Translations under genes and position numbers: made by a program
Assembly: GCA_963717465.1 (NCBI GenBank)
Contig: OY970340.1
Coordinates: 1,536,001 to 1,600,000 of the forward strand
Direction: 5' to 3'
Length of the DNA: 64,000 bases
DNA from: Candidatus Bathyarchaeota archaeon
Lineage (GTDB): Archaea > Thermoproteota > Bathyarchaeia > Bathyarchaeales > Bathycorpusculaceae
In this document: positions 49,978 through 59,649 of the stretch, in pieces
Layout of the letters: the number at the start of each line of letters is the position of its first letter
Numbering within the stretch: the first letter of the stretch is position 1
The notes under the pieces: model-generated
The model's database searches: none
What the model was told of the DNA's origin: nothing
What the model saw: the letters and a program-made list of their open reading frames with translations, nothing else

Positions 49978-51384
49978 ATGTTTATGCTCAAATGCATTCG
50001 ATGTGGATCAAAATTTCCAGATAAAACATTGAAAAGTAGGTGCACAAAATGTTCTGGAACACTTGAATACAATCCAGACCATCCAGTCCAAGGTAAAATT
50101 AGATTTTCGGGTCCAATTGGTTTTTGGAGGTACAGGCAGATGCTTCCTCCAGTTCAGCACATTATAAGTTTAGGAGAAGGCGGAACACCGCTGCTTAAGG
50201 CTGAAAGGCTCTCAAAAGAAATCGGATTAAAAGAGCTTTACTTAAAAGATGAAACGCGAAATCCGACACACTCATATAGAGACCGAGCAGCTGCTTTTTT
50301 AACGTCCAATGCGGTTGACTTAGGATGCAAGGCATTAGTTAGCGCATCTAATGGAAATATGGGTGCATCGATAGCGGCTTATTCTGCCAAGGCAGGCGTG
50401 ATCTGCCATGTTCTAGTGCCTAAGCTAGTTGATGTAGGCAAGCTTGCTCAAATGATTGCTTACGACGCAGTTATCGAGGAATACGGCGACATAGTTGACG
50501 ACTCAATACGTAAAGCTGAAGCATTAGCTAAGGAAACAGGATGGTATCAAGCAACCGCAGAACTTAACCCCTACGTTGTTGAAGCACAGAAAACAATTTC
50601 ATACGAAATTTACGAACAGTTCGGCGTTCCCGAGTTCGTCTTGGTTTCGATGGGAAGCGGTGGAACAATTTATTCTCTTTGGAAGGGGTTCAAGGAGCTA
50701 AAACATCTTGGAATAACAAAATCACTTCCCAGAATGGTGGGAATTCAAACTGAAAGTTGTGCTTCAATAGTTGACACACTTACAGGTAACAATTTAACCA
50801 CGATACAAAAATCAGGTAATCCTTCAACTCATGCGCTTGCCATACTAGTGGGTGAACCACTTCAAAGCGACTTGGCAGTAAAAGCATTAACAGAATCCAA
50901 AGGGTTGGCGTTAACAGTTTCTGATGCTGAAATGCTTGATGCCGAATTACAAATTGCAAAATATGAAGGGGTATTCGCTGAGCCAGCAAGTTCCGCAACT
51001 GTAGCAGCGCTTGAAAAGCTTGTAAACAGAAAAGAGATTTCTAGTAATAACAGTGTCGCGTGTATTATTACCGGGAGTGGACTGAAGGCGACTGATGTTT
51101 TGCAAGCGTTAACTAAAAAACAAAAAACCGCTGGGTTAAGCTTGGAGATAAGTACTAAGGCGAAAATCCTCAAAATTTTAAACGAAAAAGACACCTACGG
51201 TTACGATTTATGGAAGCTGCTTGGAAAAATCATGACTCGCGGAGCAATTTATCAGCATTTGAATGAGTTGTCAGAAAAAGGCTTAATCGTCGGCTATGAT
51301 GAAAAAGGCAAAAAATTCTTTAGGATAACGCAGCATGGAAAAAGGGCTTTGTCTGCTTTTGATGACTTGAAATTCTTGATGTAG
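49978..51384 (+). CDS. threonine-synthase-like protein with N-terminal Zn ribbon and C-terminal PadR-like wHTH; PLP lysine replaced by Arg
   Basis: SLGEGGTPL, NPTHSYRDR (canonical NPTGSFKDR), ASNGNMG, TGSGLK; tail ILKIL...YGYDLWK...GAIYQHL.EL.EKGLI...F.IT..GK. Confidence 0.85.
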   Translation: MFMLKCIRCGSKFPDKTLKSRCTKCSGTLEYNPDHPVQGKIRFSGPIGFWRYRQMLPPVQHIISLGEGGTPLLKAERLSKEIGLKELYLKDETRNPTHSYRDRAAAFLTSNAVDLGCKALVSASNGNMGASIAAYSAKAGVICHVLVPKLVDVGKLAQMIAYDAVIEEYGDIVDDSIRKAEALAKETGWYQATAELNPYVVEAQKTISYEIYEQFGVPEFVLVSMGSGGTIYSLWKGFKELKHLGITKSLPRMVGIQTESCASIVDTLTGNNLTTIQKSGNPSTHALAILVGEPLQSDLAVKALTESKGLALTVSDAEMLDAELQIAKYEGVFAEPASSATVAALEKLVNRKEISSNNSVACIITGSGLKATDVLQALTKKQKTAGLSLEISTKAKILKILNEKDTYGYDLWKLLGKIMTRGAIYQHLNELSEKGLIVGYDEKGKKFFRITQHGKRALSAFDDLKFLM

Positions 51385-51416
51385 TTTCTACCAAAAATAC
51401 TTAAATATAGTTGCTA

Positions 51417-51440
51417 ATAGTATAGTAATAACTATACTAT
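51417..51440. promoter_or_regulatory. perfect inverted repeat (10-4-10) just downstream of a TATA-like box, candidate operator
   Basis: ATAGTATAGT-AATA-ACTATACTAT; ACTTAAATA at about 51399-51407; ATG at 51459. Confidence 0.6.
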
Positions 51441-51458
51441 CTGCATAAGGTTATCTTA

Positions 51459-52004
51459 ATGAATAAAACAAACATGAAACAGGCGTCTAACAAACTTGAT
51501 CGCCAAAAGCACGTAACAGTAACCCTTGCAAGAACAAGCATCATGACGGCGCTAGTATTTGTTGCTACGTATATAGTGCAAGTTTATGTTCCAGCAACCC
51601 GAGGGTACTTGAATTTTGGTGATATCATGGTTTTCGTCAGCGCGCTAACTTTCGGTCCAGCGGTTGGCGGTTTTGCTGGTGGCGTTGGATCGGCATTGTC
51701 AGACGCGGTTTCAGGTTATGGATATTTTGCACCTTTTACGTTGATAATTAAAGGTTTGGAAGGGTTAATTGCAGGATTAATATCCAACCGTAAACAAGTT
51801 TGGCGAGACATAATCGCCGTGTCAGTGGCTGGAACAGTAATGGTGGTGGGATATTTCCTAGCCGAGTTTTTCCCGCTCCAAATCGGATATGCAGCTGTAG
51901 TGGAGATTCCAATCAATATCCTTCAGATAGTTGTAGGAGCCCTTGTAGGTGTCCCTATTGCTTTGGTGATTCGCACAAGATTGCCTGAAACATGGTTGAA
52001 ATAA
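51459..52004 (+). CDS. ECF transporter S component (HmpT/PdxU-like)
   Basis: GYLNFGD...FG...G..AGGVGSALSD..SGY..FAPFTLIIKG.EG. Confidence 0.82.
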   Translation: MNKTNMKQASNKLDRQKHVTVTLARTSIMTALVFVATYIVQVYVPATRGYLNFGDIMVFVSALTFGPAVGGFAGGVGSALSDAVSGYGYFAPFTLIIKGLEGLIAGLISNRKQVWRDIIAVSVAGTVMVVGYFLAEFFPLQIGYAAVVEIPINILQIVVGALVGVPIALVIRTRLPETWLK

Positions 52005-52079
52005 AGCAAGAATGAATTGCAGATAATATTATTGCTTAATAGCTTGATAGAGAGACTAGCTAAATGAGGAAAAGATGAG

Positions 52080-53084
52080 ATGAAACTGCCGCCTGGAAAA
52101 ATACCCGTTGATATTCTGAAAGATGTAGTTTTTAAGAATTTAGGAGCTGAACGCAAAGAAGTTACGCTTGGCCCCTCAGCTGGAATTGACGGAGCAGTCT
52201 TAGATTTCGGCAGCAAAAACGCTATTATCTCATTGGATCCTATAACTGGCGCTGTTGAACGCATTGGGTGGGAAGCCATTAATATTAACGCTAATGATGT
52301 AGCAACGTTCGGGGTGGAGCCAGCCTTCTTCTTTTCGTGCATTATGCTGCCAGAGAATGCTGACAGTTCCATGGTTCAAACTATAAGTACTCAAATGGGT
52401 TCTGCAGCGAAGAATTTGGGCATCGCCATTGTAGGGGGACATTGCGAATCTACTCCCGGCTTAACAAGCCCTATAGTGGTTGGCTGCATTATGGGCTTAA
52501 CAGAGAAGGGCAAATACGTAACAGCGGCAGGAGCAAAGCCTGGAGACAAACTTATACTGACAAAGAGCGCTGGGATTGAGGGCACGGCAATATTAGCTTC
52601 TGACAGAGAAGCCCAATTAAAAAAAATCTTGAATCCAACGATGCTTGAGAGTGCAAAAGATTTTTACAAGCAAATAAGCGTAGTAAAAGACGCGTTAACC
52701 GCTTATGGGGCAGGTGGAGTGCATGCGATGCATGATCCAACTGAAGGTGGAATCCTTAACGGCATACATGAATTATGCGATGCTGCGGGTTTGGGCGTAA
52801 AGGTTTTCTCAGAAAAAATCGTTGTTGAACCCGAAACAGCAAGAATCTGTAGGTTCTTTGAAATTGATCCACTTCAACTTATCAGTTCTGGCGCGTTGTT
52901 GATTGCGGTTGAGGCTGAATCGGCAAACAAAGTAATTGAAAGTTTATTCCAGCAACACATTTATGCTTCAATAATAGGTGAATTCAACAAAAACGTGGAT
53001 AAACGGGTACTGGTTCATGGAAACGATGTGGATATGCTTCCGCGACCATTGTCAGACCATTTATGGATTGCTTTAACGAGATAA
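52080..53084 (+). CDS. AIR-synthase (PurM/HypE/ThiL superfamily) related protein
   Basis: DPITG, NANDVA, GGHCE, AMHDPTEGG, DPLQLISSG. Confidence 0.85.
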   Translation: MKLPPGKIPVDILKDVVFKNLGAERKEVTLGPSAGIDGAVLDFGSKNAIISLDPITGAVERIGWEAININANDVATFGVEPAFFFSCIMLPENADSSMVQTISTQMGSAAKNLGIAIVGGHCESTPGLTSPIVVGCIMGLTEKGKYVTAAGAKPGDKLILTKSAGIEGTAILASDREAQLKKILNPTMLESAKDFYKQISVVKDALTAYGAGGVHAMHDPTEGGILNGIHELCDAAGLGVKVFSEKIVVEPETARICRFFEIDPLQLISSGALLIAVEAESANKVIESLFQQHIYASIIGEFNKNVDKRVLVHGNDVDMLPRPLSDHLWIALTR

Positions 53085-53837
53085 AAAGTCTCGAAAACCG
53101 TTTAGGGGCAATTGTAAAAACCAGTAAAACATGAAAACAGGATAAAAGAAACTGTAAGCAATCATATGCGAATAAAGTAAACCACACTCAAATTCTACGA
53201 TCGCTTGATTAATCATATTCTGAAAATTCCAATTAGTCGGCGGTTTGTAATGAAGACAGTAAACTTCGTTTCCAATTTTAGCTTTATAACCATGCTTTTT
53301 GATGCACTTAACAAGAAATGAATCCTCGAAAGCATGCAAGTTACCAGGAATTTTTACACCTTTGACGGCTTCTGTTCGAATGAGCGTATCATGCATTCCA
53401 CCGCGTAAATCAAAGCATTGCCTAGCAATCAAAATTTGCAGAAAAATAATCCGTTTATCCTTAACATTTGGAATAACATCAACATTTAAACCCCATACAG
53501 CACCCACATTTTCTGATAAGTCTTCTTGGACTTTTTTAAACCAATCACGGCAAAGGACAACATCGCTGTCAACAAACACGAACCAGTCAGTGCTAACTTT
53601 GCTTATTCCTATCTCTCGCGCCCTTGCCCTCGTACCACTTGTCTTGTAGATCTTTACGTTTTTATGAATTTTTTTAAAATTATCGATTATTTTTAAAGTG
53701 TCATCCGTTGAGAATCCATCAATTACAATCAAGTTTTTAACTGGGATATTTTCGTAAATTGAAGTTATACACTTGCCCAGAAGATACTCGCTATTTTTGG
53801 TCAATAACACTACATCAACGTTGCCGGCAAGTGTCAT
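53073..53837 (-). CDS. glycosyltransferase family 2
   Basis: LTKNSE, IDGFSTD.T, FVDSD, FED. Confidence 0.85.
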   Translation of the reverse strand: MTLAGNVDVVLLTKNSEYLLGKCITSIYENIPVKNLIVIDGFSTDDTLKIIDNFKKIHKNVKIYKTSGTRARAREIGISKVSTDWFVFVDSDVVLCRDWFKKVQEDLSENVGAVWGLNVDVIPNVKDKRIIFLQILIARQCFDLRGGMHDTLIRTEAVKGVKIPGNLHAFEDSFLVKCIKKHGYKAKIGNEVYCLHYKPPTNWNFQNMINQAIVEFECGLLYSHMIAYSFFYPVFMFYWFLQLPLNGFRDFLSR

Positions 53838-53922
53838 CCCAATTCCTCCAGTTTTTAGCAGGGCAAATTTATTGTACAGAATACTAATAGGCTAAGATAA
53901 TAATCTATGCCATGTTGAAGCT

Positions 53923-54645
53923 TCAGGCGAGCAATCGGTAAATCGAATACGCCGTGTAAAAACCATAAGCTAAAAACAATTTAGCGACCAAAAGAAAATC
54001 GCCAAACCTTAACGCGTCAACAATTAACTGTAAACTTCCTTTTAAGCTCCAAACTTCCTGAGGTCTGTAGTGAATGCAGAATGGACTGTAACACGCAATT
54101 ACTTGATAACCTTTTTTTGTTATCCAATCTTTAATGAATGCATCCTCGAAAACATGCAAATTGGGAGGTATCTTCATGTCTGCTACAGCCGCAGTTCGGA
54201 TAAGAGTGTCATGCGTTCCGCCTCGAACATCGAAAATTTTGCGGGTGACCATTAAAAACATCTTTAACGTTGACGGATTTGTAATCGTTGACCAGACCTC
54301 AATTCCCCAAATGGCGCCAACATGTTCGTTAACATATTTTGCGGCTTTACTATACCAATCGTTACAGAGAACAACGTCGCTATCAACAAACAAGAACCAA
54401 TCAGTTTGCACACGACTTATGCCTTTTTGACGTGCTGTTGCACGAGTTCCATGGTCAAGAACAATTTTTACATTATGATACTTGGCATCGAAATCGCGCA
54501 GAATGTCTATGGTTTTATCAGTTGAGTAACCATCAACCACTATCAATTGCCTGACTGGAATGTTTTTGTAGATTGACTCGAGACATTTTTTGAGAACCCG
54601 CGAACTGTTTTTTGTCAGCAAGACAACATCAATGGATTGAAGCAT
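53923..54645 (-). CDS. glycosyltransferase family 2, tandem paralog
   Basis: LTKNSS, VDGYSTD.T, FVDSD, RGGTHDTLIRT. Confidence 0.85.
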   Translation of the reverse strand: MLQSIDVVLLTKNSSRVLKKCLESIYKNIPVRQLIVVDGYSTDKTIDILRDFDAKYHNVKIVLDHGTRATARQKGISRVQTDWFLFVDSDVVLCNDWYSKAAKYVNEHVGAIWGIEVWSTITNPSTLKMFLMVTRKIFDVRGGTHDTLIRTAAVADMKIPPNLHVFEDAFIKDWITKKGYQVIACYSPFCIHYRPQEVWSLKGSLQLIVDALRFGDFLLVAKLFLAYGFYTAYSIYRLLA

Positions 54646-54774
54646 GTTTGTCCTTTAGCCAGTATTAATTTTCAATACATTAATCTTTCCTGAACATCTC
54701 CCAGCCAACCTTATGCATGCTTTTATATTTCCAAACTAATTACACATTCTTAACAATTCAAAGAGTGATAATGC

Positions 54775-55815
54775 GTGAGTTCAGGCATCAAGAAAGCAGC
54801 TGGAGTAGCTGTACGCTCATTAATTAATGGTCAACCTCATCATGCGCAATGGTTAGTCACAAGAAGATGCAATTACCGATGTCTAGGCTGCAATGTTTGG
54901 AAGGAACAAGACAAAAATGAAATATCCACCGCGGAAGTAAAAAAGGGCTTAGACATTCTCAAAAAACTTGGGATAATAGAGCTTGTACTCTCGGGAGGAG
55001 ACCCGCTTTTAAGGGACGATATCGGTGAGATAATTCAACATTCAACAAAAAATTTTATGACAACAGTGTATGATAACGGTAGCATGGCTGCCAAAAAAAT
55101 TGATTGCCTGAGAGGAGTAGATTTTGCGGCCATTTCCATAGATAGCTTAGATGCAAAGAAGCATGACTACATCAAAGATGTGCCGGGTGCATGGAAAAAA
55201 GCCATGGAGACAGTTGAAATACTTCATAAAGAAGGCATAAAGGTATGCGTGACCCCAACGATTTCACAGTTAAACCTAAATGAAATCGTTGACATGACTA
55301 ATTATTTTACGAAAAAAGATATTCCAGTTTGGTATTGCCTCTACTCGTACGATAAAACGATGGATGTCGATCAACTTTTCAAAATCGGCAAAGCTAATGA
55401 CGAATTCATTATAACCGACAAAAAGGGCATGGTTAAACTCTGTGATGACTTAATTAAAATGAGAAAAAAGAACAATAAAATTTTAATTAGCGACAAACTG
55501 TTAAAAACAGTAAAAAGTTTATATCAAAATGAAAGGACATGGAGTTGCCTTGCACTCGACAGCTTTTTAGTCGTTGATCACCTAGGCAGAATCGCGGGAT
55601 GCCACAACCACAATTTTGCTGGTTCAATTTTTGATTTACCCACAAAGTGGAAAAGCAACGAATTCAAAGAATTACGCAGAACCTACAATAATTGCACACA
55701 ATGCACTTACTTATGTTACATTTTTTACTCGCTTCACGGAACCCCAAGGGGACACTTGTCATTAGCTGCTGAGCAATGGAAAAACGCAGGGTTACTTATT
55801 AACAAAAGCAAATAA
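54775..55815 (+). CDS. radical SAM protein with SPASM/twitch-like C-terminus
   Basis: CNYRCLGC, SGGDPLLR, C-terminal C...CHNH...CTQC...C. Confidence 0.88.
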   Translation: MSSGIKKAAGVAVRSLINGQPHHAQWLVTRRCNYRCLGCNVWKEQDKNEISTAEVKKGLDILKKLGIIELVLSGGDPLLRDDIGEIIQHSTKNFMTTVYDNGSMAAKKIDCLRGVDFAAISIDSLDAKKHDYIKDVPGAWKKAMETVEILHKEGIKVCVTPTISQLNLNEIVDMTNYFTKKDIPVWYCLYSYDKTMDVDQLFKIGKANDEFIITDKKGMVKLCDDLIKMRKKNNKILISDKLLKTVKSLYQNERTWSCLALDSFLVVDHLGRIAGCHNHNFAGSIFDLPTKWKSNEFKELRRTYNNCTQCTYLCYIFYSLHGTPRGHLSLAAEQWKNAGLLINKSK

Positions 55816-56011
55816 GCATTACTAGTTAAGACGAGCTAAAGATAGCGTATATCGATTCTGTAAAGCAGAAGAATACCTCGTTCATGTTAGTAACGCTAGG
55901 AAGGTATTGTAAGTTAGATCGCAATAATCGTTCTAAGAGATCAACGATGTTCTGATTTCGCCAGTAAATTAACAGCAGTGACTCAAGGCTGAGCAATAAT
56001 TTTTTTAAGTA

Positions 56012-56638
56012 TTAACTTTTTTCTGCAATATGAATTTTAACTGCTGGATATATCCATTTACTTTCGACATAGTGTAATTTTGCTTTTTCAAATAGTTCCT
56101 TAAATTCTTTTGTTGAATACGTCTTTATGTGCGCTGCTTCAAGCCTACGGCTTAAGCCATCTATCATCTGCGTGAAAAAATTGTCAGCAGTGGCATCCAG
56201 AATGCAGACTTTGCCTTTGACTTTCAAGACTCTAAATGTCTCTTTGAGTGCCTTCTCAGAATCTGAAAAATGATGAAAAGCGTTAGAACTAATAACGAAA
56301 TCAAAGAAGTTATCGCTGAAGGAAAGTTTTTCAACCATGGATTTTTCAAAAAAAACATTCGCATAACTCTTAGATTTTGTTTTTGCCTGCTCAATCATTT
56401 TGGATGAATTATCGACACCATAAAACGTTCCTTTCCCTCCTATTAGACGAGCAGAATAACGCACAGCCCATCCAGTACCGCAGGCTAAATCCAAAAGGCA
56501 AGGGTTCTCTCCGAACGAAAGTTGAGAAACAAGTTTTTTCTGAGTCCACCGTAAAAATCTGTAGCGCCAATCATATGTTTCAGCTCTTGAATCCCACAAT
56601 TCTTCATTCAACTTAGCTTTCTCGTTAGATTTCTCCAA
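56012..56638 (-). CDS. class I SAM-dependent methyltransferase
   Basis: LDLACGTG, FDFV...AFHH, RVLK..G. Confidence 0.9.
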   Translation of the reverse strand: MEKSNEKAKLNEELWDSRAETYDWRYRFLRWTQKKLVSQLSFGENPCLLDLACGTGWAVRYSARLIGGKGTFYGVDNSSKMIEQAKTKSKSYANVFFEKSMVEKLSFSDNFFDFVISSNAFHHFSDSEKALKETFRVLKVKGKVCILDATADNFFTQMIDGLSRRLEAAHIKTYSTKEFKELFEKAKLHYVESKWIYPAVKIHIAEKS

Positions 56639-56666
56639 ATATTTTCACCAACTTAAGCCTGATAAA

Positions 56667-57362
56667 TCAGGTGTTACTAAGTTTTTTCTCATTTGAAGGT
56701 TTTTTCTCGTTCGAAGGCAATAAGAACACGATGACTACAATCGCCAGTATAATTACAATGGCTACGGGCAAACCCCAATAGGTATCCCTTATGGAAAGCG
56801 TTATCCAACCAAATAAGGGAATGCGCATGATAACTCTACCCACCACTAGATTCTGCGGAACCCCTTGTCCCCCATCCTGAGTGTCCCACCCATCGTAACC
56901 TGTTGTCGGTGTTTGAGGCCATGGGTTGCCGTTTCCGTCGCCTTTGGTGTCAAAGTACAAAGTACCATTAATTTCATGCACGTCTATTATGCGGTGAACG
57001 ATCAAATAATTTGGATCATATGGGTGTTCTGGGCTATAAAACACGATTATGTCACTATTCGGATAATTGGTGTTTAAATCCGCGGGGTTCACTCCTTGAA
57101 TTATAATAATGTCGCCTACGTTAAGGGTTTTATCAAATGGATGCTCTAAAGTTAATAGGAAATAGCTAAACAGATACGGAGGTCCTGGTTCAAAATCATA
57201 GGGAATACTCATGCTGCTGCTCTCTACAGTTAACGCGGGATAGGGCGTGTTAAGAACCGCTTGCAAACCAAACAATAAACCAAGAAAAACTACAACAATC
57301 AAAACAATAGCAACAAAGGTTTTGAAGGCATCTTTTTTCCATAGTTCTTTAAGGGTAATCAA
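56667..57362 (-). CDS. signal peptidase I (S26, Sec11 type)
   Basis: VESSSM, GDIIII, IVHR, TKGDGN, VVGRV. Confidence 0.85.
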   Translation of the reverse strand: MITLKELWKKDAFKTFVAIVLIVVVFLGLLFGLQAVLNTPYPALTVESSSMSIPYDFEPGPPYLFSYFLLTLEHPFDKTLNVGDIIIIQGVNPADLNTNYPNSDIIVFYSPEHPYDPNYLIVHRIIDVHEINGTLYFDTKGDGNGNPWPQTPTTGYDGWDTQDGGQGVPQNLVVGRVIMRIPLFGWITLSIRDTYWGLPVAIVIILAIVVIVFLLPSNEKKPSNEKKLSNT

Positions 57363-57734
57363 AACTCCTTCCCTTTACATTAATGAATTTAACGTTATAT
57401 GACGGCACTTATGTTTAAACTTACCTTTCCTTAAATCTGCAAAATTGTTTGCCGATAGTTTAGTCTGCGACTTCCTAATAGGTTTCTTGGTAAGCACAAA
57501 ACTTTGATTGTTTTAAAGAATTCGTGCAAAGTGCCAATATGCTATAGGGTATGCACTTGTGATGATTATTTAAGTAGCCAGCCGCTATTGCTAAAAATGC
57601 TTAAAAATTAGTAGCGATTCAAAATTAATATTCAACTGCCTGCTACTAACATCTTTTAATTTTAGATGCATGGCTTATCGCTAAACGAAGCAAAGAATAT
57701 AAGCGACTTTTAGAATGCCAATATTCTGATAAAA

Positions 57735-58706
57735 ATGGGTTTATGGGAACTTAGACTTTCGATGGTGGCTACTCTTGCCATAATCATAGGGTTATCCACG
57801 TTAGTGTTAACTGCGATTATGATCTATTTAGGTATCTTTGACATTGTAACTTTAGGCGTTCTTGTGGTGGTTATTAATCTGGTTCAATGGCTGATTGCCC
57901 CTTACCTAGTTGGGGCCATGTATAAGGTTCGTAAGGTTTCGGAAGCTGAGAATCCGCAACTTCACCAAATCGTTGGTGAGTTGAGCCGAAAATGCAATAT
58001 CGCTAAGCCGCAGCTTATGCTGGCGCAGATCCCGCTTCCAAACGCTTTCGCGTATGGTTCACCGCTGACTGGCAGCCGAGTCGCAGTAACTCAGGGATTA
58101 TTGACGACACTGAACACGGGCGAAATTGAAGCAGTATTAGGACATGAACTTGGACACTTGCGACACAAGGATGTTCAAGTCATGATGGCCATTTCCTTCT
58201 TACCTGCCCTTTTCATGTACTTGGGATACGCCTTAATATTTTCAGGCTCTTCCGGAGGCAACGGAAGAGGCAACGGAGGTTACGGTGCAATTATCGGTAT
58301 AGTGCTTATGGCGTTTTCGTGGGTTCTTAACATTTTCACCTTATACTTAAGCAGAATTCGCGAGTATTATGCCGATAGAAACAGCGTATCTGTAGTTAGT
58401 GATGGAGCTATGAAACTCTCAACAGGGCTCGCCAAAATCGTTAACGCAACAAAAAGAAACAGTAGGCCAAATAGCCGTGGGCAGCAACAAAACATTAGCG
58501 CATTTAAGGCGTTATTCATCGCTGATCCAGACAGGGCAAACACCGATTCTACTAAAGCAAACTTCGACGCACAATCTATGGTTCAAGAAATTCTTTCGAG
58601 AAAAATAACGTCAACAGATAATTTGATGGAAATCCTATCTACACACCCCAACATTACAAAACGGCTTCGAGCACTACAAGAACTAAGTCACAATCCTACT
58701 GCTTAA
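57735..58706 (+). CDS. htpX: zinc metalloprotease HtpX
   Basis: PNAFA, HELGH, SRIREYYAD, STHP. Confidence 0.92.
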   Translation: MGLWELRLSMVATLAIIIGLSTLVLTAIMIYLGIFDIVTLGVLVVVINLVQWLIAPYLVGAMYKVRKVSEAENPQLHQIVGELSRKCNIAKPQLMLAQIPLPNAFAYGSPLTGSRVAVTQGLLTTLNTGEIEAVLGHELGHLRHKDVQVMMAISFLPALFMYLGYALIFSGSSGGNGRGNGGYGAIIGIVLMAFSWVLNIFTLYLSRIREYYADRNSVSVVSDGAMKLSTGLAKIVNATKRNSRPNSRGQQQNISAFKALFIADPDRANTDSTKANFDAQSMVQEILSRKITSTDNLMEILSTHPNITKRLRALQELSHNPTA

Positions 58707-58825
58707 GACCTAATTTTTTTATTTTTTGCAAATATTTGCTCAAAATATTTTAATTTCTAATGCAACAGGTTTGGCTATAGTTTTTTCCTATTATGTAGAA
58801 CATTCAACTTAGCTTCTGCGGCATT

Positions 58826-59470
58826 ATGCAAAGAAAAAGAAGGAGAAGAGTAACTAACAGGCATAAATCTATTCATACTAGTGTAGCCCAGAATGCTTAT
58901 AGTGGAATAGTGAATTTGATGAAATGTGCAAAGTGTGGGTACGAAAATGCTGCTGATAACGTATTTTGTAATATGTGCGGAACTAAACTAGGAGAAAATG
59001 CAAGCCAGACTGCGCCACCAACTCAGTCTGCAGTTGGTGTTGACGAGAATGTTAGAGGTGTCATTGTTAAGAGGTTTGACGCGATAAAGAATAAGGATGA
59101 AGCTACGGTTACAGGGTTAATGGATGAGAGTTATAGTAAGTTTGATGATTGGGCTCCTTATCAAAGGCAGGAGCGTTCTGAAGCCTTGCAGAACGAGTTT
59201 TCAGCATTTAAAGTATTATCAAATTATACGTATGAGCTAAACAATTTGAAAACCAGTATCTTAGGCGGTTTAGCAATAGCAACTTGCATAGTACATTATA
59301 AAGCAAATATTAGAAACCAACAATATGACATAACCTCTCGCGTTACCATTATTCTGAAAGGTCAAGATTCAACCTGGAAAATTGTCCATGAGCACTTCTC
59401 CAGGATTCCTCAAGAAGGTGCAAGTCAACAGCAATTCCAGAGGCAAAGACGATTCGGATTCCCATTTTAA
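58826..59470 (+). CDS. zinc-ribbon plus NTF2/SnoaL-like domain protein (true start probably about 58919)
   Basis: CAKCG.EN....FCNMCG; WKIVHEHFS. Confidence 0.8.
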   Translation: MQRKRRRRVTNRHKSIHTSVAQNAYSGIVNLMKCAKCGYENAADNVFCNMCGTKLGENASQTAPPTQSAVGVDENVRGVIVKRFDAIKNKDEATVTGLMDESYSKFDDWAPYQRQERSEALQNEFSAFKVLSNYTYELNNLKTSILGGLAIATCIVHYKANIRNQQYDITSRVTIILKGQDSTWKIVHEHFSRIPQEGASQQQFQRQRRFGFPF

Positions 59471-59649
59471 CCCTTTGAAAAATAAGATCTGGGCTCTAAA
59501 CTGATAACCAGAACCCTTCTTTTCGGTTATAATGTGATTTTTTTGAAAAAAACTGTATTCATTTTTCTTTGCAACAAAGCAATATTAAGTTTGATAAAAA
59601 TTTGGAAGAGTTAAATTTTTGCCATAAACCTTCTTTGGTCTGTTTGAGT

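Noticed and set aside
49978..51384. ThrC homolog as cysteate synthase for coenzyme M synthesis
   Set aside because: Tempting given F430, but the catalytic lysine is absent, a wHTH is fused, and no CoM genes are adjacent.
56675..56720. PSNEKK tandem repeat at the signal peptidase C-terminus
   Set aside because: Short low-complexity tail duplication with no evident significance.
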